A stretch of DNA of 64,000 bases from Methanobacteriota archaeon (GTDB lineage: Archaea; Halobacteriota; Bog-38; Methanoflorentales; Methanoflorentaceae), in contig OY970393.1 of assembly GCA_963720465.1 (NCBI GenBank), positions 2,080,001 through 2,144,000 of the forward strand. Reading direction: 5' to 3'. A program made the translations under genes and the position numbers. Positions 1-8,603 of this stretch are shown here, one piece after another. The notes below the pieces were generated by a model. It was not told the origin of the DNA and made no database searches. It was given only the letters and a program-made list of their open reading frames with translations. How positions within the stretch are numbered: the stretch's first letter is position 1; the number at the start of each line of letters is the position of its first letter.

Positions 1-471
1 TTTGGGGCATTGGCACGCGTACTGCCTGAAAAGTGGACGTTTCACGGAAGAAGTCGCGACCCGGCCGCAGACGGATTTAATTGCATGTTAAACTACGGAT
101 ACGGGGTTCTCTACTCAATGGTTGAAAAAGGGATTATTGTCGCCGGACTAGATCCGTATATCGGGTTCATTCATGTTGATAACTACAACAAGAAGTCATT
201 TGTCTTTGATTTGATAGAACTCTATAGGACGTATGTCGATCAGACGGTTGTCCCGCTATTTACACGAAAGATGGTGAAGGAGGACATGTTCGACACCGTT
301 CCTGGGGGGTTTACGCTCAACGCCGACGGCAAAACGCTGCTCTTGCAGCTGTTAAACGATGCCTTTGAAAGGTCGATCAATCACCGGGGCAGGAACGTAA
401 AAATACGGAACATCATTCAACTTGATTGCCACCGGATCGCAAATGATCTGCTTTTGCCTGGGGATGAGTAA
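1..471 (+). CDS. cas1: CRISPR-associated endonuclease Cas1, C-terminal part (truncated by window start)
   Basis: FHGRSRDPAAD-FNCMLNYGYGVLY, GLDPYIGFIH and SFVFDLIELYR are Cas1 C-terminal motifs; the stop overlaps the cas2 start. Confidence 0.95.
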   Translation, partial: FGALARVLPEKWTFHGRSRDPAADGFNCMLNYGYGVLYSMVEKGIIVAGLDPYIGFIHVDNYNKKSFVFDLIELYRTYVDQTVVPLFTRKMVKEDMFDTVPGGFTLNADGKTLLLQLLNDAFERSINHRGRNVKIRNIIQLDCHRIANDLLLPGDE

Positions 472-764
472 TGTCCATCGTGTGGGTCGTGTACGACATC
501 GCTGAGAACAAAGTACGAACAAAGGTCAGCAATGCCTGTATAAGCACCGGCTTGTATCGTGTGCAAAAGAGCGTTTTTCTTGGAACCTTAAGCGCAAATG
601 AACGCGATGAATTGGCGCTTAAATGCGAGGAACTGATCGATGCAGACGTTGATTCAGTCTACATCTTTCCCATGGATCAACAGTCTTTCAAGAGCGTGAA
701 AATGCTTGGTCAGGCATTTAGCAAAGACCTTGTGAGTGATAAAGTGCGCGCTCTCTTCGTTTAA
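471..764 (+). CDS. cas2: CRISPR-associated endonuclease Cas2
   Basis: 97 aa; VVYDI and RVQKSVF motifs; directly follows cas1. Confidence 0.95.
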   Translation: MSIVWVVYDIAENKVRTKVSNACISTGLYRVQKSVFLGTLSANERDELALKCEELIDADVDSVYIFPMDQQSFKSVKMLGQAFSKDLVSDKVRALFV

Positions 765-774
765 GGGTTTGTTC

Positions 775-1377
775 ATGTCATACTGTGATAATGAAGAGAG
801 GGCAATTGTCACCATTACTGATGTACTAGAATACACCTTCTGCCCGCGCTTCATCTTCTATATGCGTTGTCTTAATATCCCCCAGCACGAGGAGAAACGG
901 TTCAAGGTGCGAAAAGGCCGTGAGGTCCACAAAACACGCGCTATGACAAATAAGGGGTACTTGCGACACAAGATAAACGTCGTAAAAAAAGAGAGCGAAG
1001 TGTTGTTAACGTCACAGCGACATCGGATTAAGGGTAAGGTAGACGAAGTGCTGTTTTTAGCGGACGGAACCGCTGCACCGCTTGAATACAAATTTGCGGA
1101 GTTCAAGCGAACCGTGTGGTCCACGCATGCACTGCAACTGATACTTCAAGCTTTGTTAATCGAGGAGAACTACGGTACAACGGTCAAGAGTGGATTTGTG
1201 TGTTACACGCGGAGTAACGATGTTGTCAAAAGGGTTGATATAACTGATCGTGATTATGATCGCGCTTTGCTGGTTATTAGCGACATCCTTAAAATGATAG
1301 ATATAGGATATTATCCAGCTAACATGAGACCAAATAAGCGCTGTTCCGACTGTTGCTATAGAAACGTATGTGCTTAG
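775..1377 (+). CDS. cas4: CRISPR-associated exonuclease Cas4
   Basis: N-terminal CPR, RecB-type GKVD...EYK and Q...Q motifs, C-terminal C-x2-C-x5-C Fe-S ligands; start placed at ATG 775. Confidence 0.93.
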   Translation: MSYCDNEERAIVTITDVLEYTFCPRFIFYMRCLNIPQHEEKRFKVRKGREVHKTRAMTNKGYLRHKINVVKKESEVLLTSQRHRIKGKVDEVLFLADGTAAPLEYKFAEFKRTVWSTHALQLILQALLIEENYGTTVKSGFVCYTRSNDVVKRVDITDRDYDRALLVISDILKMIDIGYYPANMRPNKRCSDCCYRNVCA

Positions 1378-1484
1378 TTTTCTGAAGTATTTAAAGACAC
1401 CAATAGAAATGGCATCAGAACGTTCAGTACCAAGAGGGGGTAGGATATCAACAATATTCGACAAAAGGAGTATTTTCGGCAGCT
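1378..1484 (+). promoter_or_regulatory. CRISPR leader
   Basis: AT-rich non-coding stretch between the cas4 stop and repeat 1, with a TATTTAAA TATA-like box. Confidence 0.7.
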
Positions 1485-4400
1485 CTTACAGAGCTACATC
1501 CAATAAAACAAGGATTGAAACTTGGGGGTCTAAAGATGGTACACGCGTGGTTAAGCCTTACAGAGCTACATCCAATAAAACAAGGATTGAAACCGACTCA
1601 GGAAGCGCAGTATAAAGAGGACCATATAGCCTTACAGAGCTACATCCAATAAAACAAGGATTGAAACGTCGAGAGCCTGATAAGTTTGCTATAGTCGTTT
1701 TGTTCTTACAGAGCTACATCCAATAAAACAAGGATTGAAACTAAATACGTAGGCGACGAAAAATCGCAGGGAGGCCACTTACAGAGCTACATCCAATAAA
1801 ACAAGGATTGAAACCCCAATAAGGACGTATCGCCGCGGTGTCAAAAGACGCGCTTACCGTTACATTGCCGTTCGGCCCAGTTACCACGGGAACGGGGTAG
1901 TCGAGAGGGTTTATTCCTATATTGTGGTGAATGACAAGCTTACAGAGCTACATCCAATAAAACAAGGATTGAAACTTCGAACTCATCTGGGTCTACACGC
2001 CGCATCCAACTTACAGAGCTACATCCAATAAAACAAGGATTGAAACACCAACAGTCCGATTGTGGCAAGTTTCACCCTCGGCGGTACCAAGACGGTTACG
2101 AGCGGAACCTTTACGCTAACGTTCGCAACCTTACAGAGCTACATCCAATAAAACAAGGATTGAAACCTGATATTGTGTGAGTCCCTAGGGACAACCCGCT
2201 ACTTACAGAGCTACATCCAATAAAACAAGGATTGAAACCTGGTGAGCCGAGCATCAATGAGTTTACAGCGATCTGCTTACAGAGCTACATCCAATAAAAC
2301 AAGGATTGAAACAAGGCGATCACACTCGTGAAATTGAATTTAGAAAACCTTACAGAGCTACATCCAATAAAACAAGGATTGAAACTAAGTTGCTTCGGTG
2401 AATGGTGTTTTTGTGATATACTTACAGAGCTACATCCAATAAAACAAGGATTGAAACCTAGCGCAGAAGGACGATGGGGACACTGACATGCTCTTACAGA
2501 GCTACATCCAATAAAACAAGGATTGAAACCTTTGTGCTGTTCGTTCCTACATTAAAAGTCCCCGACGCTTACAGAGCTACATCCAATAAAACAAGGATTG
2601 AAACCGACGTTGCGTTCCAGCTCCAGCGCGTCATCTCAGACTTACAGAGCTACATCCAATAAAACAAGGATTGAAACTTCCTCCCTTAAGTTTGGCACGT
2701 TCAATGCCTTCTTACAGAGCTACATCCAATAAAACAAGGATTGAAACTCGTTGAACGACACCGCCATGACGCCCGAGCCGAGGATGCTTACAGAGCTACA
2801 TCCAATAAAACAAGGATTGAAACCACATTCTATATCCCCCAACTCTCCTTTCCTAGTGCCTTACAGAGCTACATCCAATAAAACAAGGATTGAAACTCAT
2901 CAGGCTTAATATGTATAACGAACCGGATTTGGCTTACAGAGCTACATCCAATAAAACAAGGATTGAAACCCAAGAGTCAACCATCAGTCTACGACGTGCA
3001 CGTGAACTTACAGAGCTACATCCAATAAAACAAGGATTGAAACTCAATAACTGGGACCAGATCACCGGAGGAGGCCCTCTTACAGAGCTACATCCAATAA
3101 AACAAGGATTGAAACTTTGAGTGGGTTCAGCATTTCCTACGCCCAACCAAAACCTTACAGAGCTACATCCAATAAAACAAGGATTGAAACATCCCGACGA
3201 TACGACCGACCGTATCGTGAACCCCGCTTACAGAGCTACATCCAATAAAACAAGGATTGAAACACCGAGAGCGCACGATACGCGAGCTTAAAGAGACTTA
3301 CAGAGCTACATCCAATAAAACAAGGATTGAAACTCGGAGTAAGCAAGCGACGATCAGCGACTGCTAGTTGTCTTACAGAGCTACATCCAATAAAACAAGG
3401 ATTGAAACACGGATGCGGATTCGATGGGTATTGAGGTCATACTGCTTACAGAGCTACATCCAATAAAACAAGGATTGAAACTGCTCCAACACCAGACCAT
3501 TCACGCACAGCTGGAACTTACAGAGCTACATCCAATAAAACAAGGATTGAAACTACAAAGACGACCGAGAGCGATCCGAAGCAAGATCAACTTACAGAGC
3601 TACATCCAATAAAACAAGGATTGAAACTCGTTTCTGCCATCTTTAGTATCGCTTGACACGCGCTTCTTACAGAGCTACATCCAATAAAACAAGGATTGAA
3701 ACCTTGGATCATAGTTTTGGTTTTGTTTGTTTTATTTGACCTTACAGAGCTACATCCAATAAAACAAGGATTGAAACTCAAACGGGCAACACCACATCCC
3801 GCCAGAGATGGTATCTTACAGAGCTACATCCAATAAAACAAGGATTGAAACGCCACATTGGTTTAAAGTTCGCGCTGAATAACAAACTTACAGAGCTACA
3901 TCCAATAAAACAAGGATTGAAACGAGTTGGGATCTACAGCTTGACGCCAACAGTTCCAACTTACAGAGCTACATCCAATAAAACAAGGATTGAAACCGGG
4001 TGGGTGCCAGCGATACCCTCAGCACATCCAGCTTACAGAGCTACATCCAATAAAACAAGGATTGAAACGCCACATGATTCATGACTGTCGGAAGTGTCGG
4101 CTTTATCTTACAGAGCTACATCCAATAAAACAAGGATTGAAACTGACACCGCTCAGGCAGCCCGCGTCCCCGTCACTGGCTTACAGAGCTACATCCAATA
4201 AAACAAGGATTGAAACCAATTAAAAGCAGTTAAGACGTGCGCGCAGTGCTCCTTACAGAGCTACATCCAATAAAACAAGGATTGAAACTTGTAGTAACGG
4301 GCTCTTCTTCTGGGGAGATACCTCTTACAGAGCTACATCCAATAAAACAAGGATTGAAACATTCAGAACTAAAGAGGCATAGGATATGTCAAAAGACTTA

Positions 4401-5915
4401 CAGAGCTACATCCAATAAAACAAGGATTGAAACTGAACGATTCCGCTTCCTGCGCTCCGTTTTGCCATCTTACAGAGCTACATCCAATAAAACAAGGATT
4501 GAAACTTGAGGGTGGTACGGCTTTTGTAAACTTCAGCGCGACTTACAGAGCTACATCCAATAAAACAAGGATTGAAACCCAACCCTCGACATGAGGGAAC
4601 TAGACTGCCCTCTTACAGAGCTACATCCAATAAAACAAGGATTGAAACTGTTGCCCGTGGTTTCGGTGCCCGCGTTAAACACCTTACAGAGCTACATCCA
4701 ATAAAACAAGGATTGAAACTTAGTAAAATCGGTCGCTCCGCTCAAGGCGCAAGGCTTACAGAGCTACATCCAATAAAACAAGGATTGAAACTTTTTACAG
4801 TTGGAGAGAAGATAATACAGGTACTCGACCTTACAGAGCTACATCCAATAAAACAAGGATTGAAACCGGAACCTACGCCACGGCAGGCTGGGCAGGCTGC
4901 AACTTACAGAGCTACATCCAATAAAACAAGGATTGAAACTATTTTAGGGATAATCTATACACACGCACGGTTTAAACTTACAGAGCTACATCCAATAAAA
5001 CAAGGATTGAAACTCTATGGGCTTTCACGTATGGTGTCGCACTGCAAGACTTACAGAGCTACATCCAATAAAACAAGGATTGAAACCCAACACACCTGGC
5101 AAATCGGTCTGAATATAAACCAACTTACAGAGCTACATCCAATAAAACAAGGATTGAAACCTGTGACCTGGAAATAATAATTGGTGTTCAACTGCAGGCT
5201 TACAGAGCTACATCCAATAAAACAAGGATTGAAACAACATGAAGTTAGCGTATGATATCGGCGCTCTGATCTTACAGAGCTACATCCAATAAAACAAGGA
5301 TTGAAACGAAAATAACAGCGGCAACCTCGTGTTCGTGGAGTTCCTTACAGAGCTACATCCAATAAAACAAGGATTGAAACACTTTTCCAGGGTTTCAGGT
5401 CCCTGCTCGACGGCGACTTACAGAGCTACATCCAATAAAACAAGGATTGAAACAGTTGTTTGTGCCATAATCTGCTCCTTTTTTAACTTACAGAGCTACA
5501 TCCAATAAAACAAGGATTGAAACCTGCTATCGGTTTAGCGTGCTGGGTCGCTGAAGATCTTACAGAGCTACATCCAATAAAACAAGGATTGAAACTCTAG
5601 CAAAACCAAGAGGCAAAAATGAGTGATAAACTTACAGAGCTACATCCAATAAAACAAGGATTGAAACCCCATACCGCTTCCACCAGTGGCACTGTAGTGC
5701 AACAAGGCACCCACAGAGTTATATCCCACTCGCTTACAGAGCTACATCCAATAAAACAAGGATTGAAACACCACACCTCCCTTGCCGCCCTGCTTCGAAA
5801 GCACGGCTTACAGAGCTACATCCAATAAAACAAGGATTGAAACTTTATGAAGTGAACGATGCAAAGGCTTGGAATAGCCTTACAGAGCTACATCCAATAA
5901 AACAAGGATTGAAAC
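1485..5915 (+). CRISPR. CRISPR array: 59 identical 37-bp repeats (CTTACAGAGCTACATCCAATAAAACAAGGATTGAAAC), 58 spacers
   Basis: Counted by hand. 55 spacers are 33-39 bp and three are 124, 83 and 65 bp. The 3' ATTGAAAC handle and the upstream leader give + orientation. Type I/III-like; the effector genes are outside the window. Confidence 0.99.
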
Positions 5916-6120
5916 CCCGCATAGAAGATAATAGATTCGGGACTTTTGTACTCCCCGCTGAGCGCGTCAGCGCTGTGTCTTTGCAGAAAACGAAGCTTCG
6001 TTCCGCGCCTCGGGCAGAAACTGGGCATATCGCAAGTAATTCGGCCTGAAATAACATGCATGTACTTGAGGTATCAAAGAGCTGCAAGACTGGCTTGCAC
6101 TCTTAGCGGAGCGCCGATAG

Positions 6121-6723
6121 CTAAATCAAAATGAGTTTTCCGGCTAGTGTGAGCTCGTAGCCCTCAGAGGTCTCGTTGATAAGTCCCTGTTCCTTCAAGT
6201 CGCGCAGGTGCGTGTATGTCATCGTCCGACTGATATCCAGCTCGTCTTTGAGTACTTCAATGTCGCTGACGCCCTTGTTGATCATCTTAAGGAGATCGAG
6301 CTTCGTCTTATGAAGGCTCCACGAGATCTTGGGTATAGGAAGGACCTGATGGGCCTCCTCCGTCACGTAAAAGACTTCGCTGACCTTGTCGATGTTCTTG
6401 AACACCCCGAGCAACGCGCTGATTGATCCTGTCTTGCGCCCGCCGGTTATATTAACAAACACGCGGTTGCCCTTGTCGTGTTCGCTGTTGATAAGGTAGG
6501 TCATAAGGTCAACGAGGCCGAGGATGTCGTACCAGTTCTGCACCTCCTTCACTTCGATGTCGACGATGGCGCCGAAGGTGTTTTGCATGAGGCTCTCGAT
6601 CTTCTTGGCCTCCGAGGGCGGGTCCGTTTCGCGGATGAGAATGAGCTTTTTTACGTTGAACGTCTGCATACCGATGATAAGCGGTTCAGCTTCAAACCCG
6701 AGGGTGGCGATCATTACGTTCAT
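6121..6723 (-). CDS. csa3: Csa3-like CARF-wHTH transcriptional regulator
   Basis: IATLGF start, VNITGGRK CARF motif, C-terminal winged helix (ELDISRTMTYTHLRDLKEQGLI...YELTLAGK). Confidence 0.85.
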   Translation of the reverse strand: MNVMIATLGFEAEPLIIGMQTFNVKKLILIRETDPPSEAKKIESLMQNTFGAIVDIEVKEVQNWYDILGLVDLMTYLINSEHDKGNRVFVNITGGRKTGSISALLGVFKNIDKVSEVFYVTEEAHQVLPIPKISWSLHKTKLDLLKMINKGVSDIEVLKDELDISRTMTYTHLRDLKEQGLINETSEGYELTLAGKLILI

Positions 6724-6971
6724 TGCACAAGGCTCCGCTGCGTTAGTGAACTCAGCGGTATGTAGTTTCAGGGTCTAATACTAAAAGTTTATCTAAAACG
6801 CGTTATGAGCGCTCCAATCATTATGACAGAAGAAACGCACTTAACGCACGTTCGTTGCAGACCAGTGTGCGATGAGCGCTTGGTCATCGCAACTCGAGGG
6901 GTCTTCAATAAGTCGCGCTCTTGGCGATCGAACCGCCCGTCTAAAAAAAGAAAAAAGGGGAGCGAAAACGC

Positions 6972-7490
6972 TCACGACAGGGTTGTTACTACCTGATTTA
7001 TTCCGTCGCTGTACGTTAAGGTCGTCGCAGTCGCGCTCTGCGGTACTTCGAACGCTATCTGTCCTGACACCTTCTCCCCGGGATTCGTATTTGACACTAC
7101 ACTAAGTGCATTGTTGCCGAGGAACGACGAAGAGGTTATTTCGTACACCGTTCCGCCTGACGTCGTCAGTTTGAAATCGTATGGGTTGCCGAGGTCCCAA
7201 TTTTTCTGGTTGAGATTTGTTACTGTGACGTCGAAGATGAGGAACTTGTTGCCCGGTTGTGGCGTGCTTACGACGTAGCCGCTCCCTATTTGGCTTGCCG
7301 TTTGCTGCGAATTGATCGTTACGGCGACGCCTGCGTTACCGCTGCCACCGCCTGACGAATTCTGCGTCGTGGTGTTCGTCGTGCAGCCAGCGGTTGCGAC
7401 TAAAACGAGCGAACCAATAAATAATAGCGGTAGCGCCTTTTTCAGTGGCATGTTAATATGGCGCTTCATCATTTTTGCTACTGGATTCAT
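6972..7490 (-). CDS. DUF4352-family lipoprotein
   Basis: Lipobox VATAGC; FLIFDVTVTN, FKLTT, PGEKVSGQIAFEVP pattern. Start reassigned by alignment with the paralog at 27409-27933. Confidence 0.8.
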   Translation of the reverse strand: MNPVAKMMKRHINMPLKKALPLLFIGSLVLVATAGCTTNTTTQNSSGGGSGNAGVAVTINSQQTASQIGSGYVVSTPQPGNKFLIFDVTVTNLNQKNWDLGNPYDFKLTTSGGTVYEITSSSFLGNNALSVVSNTNPGEKVSGQIAFEVPQSATATTLTYSDGINQVVTTLS

Positions 7491-7513
7491 TTTGAATTTC
7501 ACCTCCGAGCACA

Positions 7514-7870
7514 TCACGTGTTTTGTCCAGCGATCTGAGCGCCAGCAACGCGCTCCCTTTTTTGCATCAAGATGATGATGCCGCCAACGAGGAACAGTAT
7601 GAACGTGAGGACACCGAAAAGACTGATCGATATGACCACTCCAAGCGCCCCGACAATCATGAGAACTGCTCCGATGATTTTTCGCTGTTCGAGCACACCG
7701 CCAGCGATTCCGACTATCGAGAAGATGAAGGCTCCCGCAGCGTTCGTATAGAGCGATGACGCTCCCGTCGCGTTGAATGCCTGGCCAATTCCTCCGATGA
7801 GGACTACGAGTACGGCGGCGAGGATTCCAAAAATCCCTCCTATTATTCCGAGCCAAAATGCTTTGCCCAC
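7514..7870 (-). CDS. DUF4064-like small membrane protein
   Basis: 3-4 Gly-rich TM helices (LGIIGGIFGI); paralog at 27950-28477. Confidence 0.7.
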   Translation of the reverse strand: MGKAFWLGIIGGIFGILAAVLVVLIGGIGQAFNATGASSLYTNAAGAFIFSIVGIAGGVLEQRKIIGAVLMIVGALGVVISISLFGVLTFILFLVGGIIILMQKRERVAGAQIAGQNT

Positions 7871-7949
7871 GTGTTTGCCTCCTTTGGGTGCACCCGCGCA
7901 TCTGTCCTTACCTGATTCCTGCAGAATGTTGACGTCGCACGCGAGTGTA

Positions 7950-8100
7950 AATTTTGTATATTTACAATAAAGTCTTTTAATATATTAAACTAACTAAATT
8001 TAATAATCATAAAAAAGTATTAATCTATTGTAATTGAAACAGTTATAAATATTAAAACTTTAAAATAAGGCTATAAACATAACTCATTGTAACTCTCAAC
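7950..8100. promoter_or_regulatory. Very AT-rich divergent promoter region
   Basis: Strong AT enrichment with several TATA-like boxes between divergent ORFs. Confidence 0.5.
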
Positions 8101-8174
8101 GCTACAGGCGTATCTGCAAGATGAGCTAGGATAGCCTACCACAAAAATGCCATAGCTACTAATGGACTAATAAA

Positions 8175-8425
8175 ATGGAATCTTTCGTGGAAGCGTTTCT
8201 CGAACGCTCATCTTTTGGGCCGCCGCAGCAGCACAAGACGGCACGTGCGTACCTTTACGCCACGCCGACGTGACCGGACCCGCGTACAACACGCTCTCCG
8301 AAGCGCTGCAGCGCGGCACGCTAACGATCACTGAGATCTCCGCTCAAGCGTCAGTGCCTACCCTCTTAGTCGTTAACAATTACGGCCTGCCGGTGCTCCT
8401 TCCGTGGAGAGGATTGTGCGGCGTT
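8175..8425 (+). pseudogene. Frameshifted, truncated DUF6569/ARPP-1 domain gene
   Basis: MESFVEAFLERSSFGPPQQHK, then in another frame YNTLSEALQRGTLTITEISAQASVPTLLVVN..PVLL, resembling the family N-terminus; similarity breaks at the expected DGEEL. Confidence 0.6.
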
Positions 8426-8603
8426 CCGCTCCACTCTTTCGCCGCAATTATAGCAAAATTTCGCGTTTTCGGGAACCTGCACCCCGCAATGAACGCATCT
8501 CTTTTTCCCCTTAGCCTATGCATCTGTCATAGTATAGCTCCAGTCAAAACGAATCGTTTTCAAGTTTTTTTCTGCGCCCGCGTTCACCGACAGTGGTCGA
8601 GCG

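Noticed and set aside
1853-1893. Possible degenerate repeat inside the 124-bp spacer (CTTAC..TACAT...GAAC)
   Set aside because: The match is limited to a few bases, all other repeats are perfect, and the whole spacer reads as one plausible ORF.
1485-5915. Spacers targeting this window, including the integrated element
   Set aside because: None noticed by eye. This was not exhaustive; BLASTN-short is needed.
1370-6134. Many ORFs containing LTELHPIKQGLK or YRATSNKTRIET
   Set aside because: They are translations of the CRISPR repeat.
6972-7901. 309-aa ORF as listed in the track (likewise the long N-termini at 21830, 22471 and 45764)
   Set aside because: The extensions overlap real genes or promoters; paralogs and motifs indicate later starts.
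8033-8040. Isolated ATTGAAAC repeat handle
   Set aside because: An 8-mer in very AT-rich DNA with no further repeat similarity.
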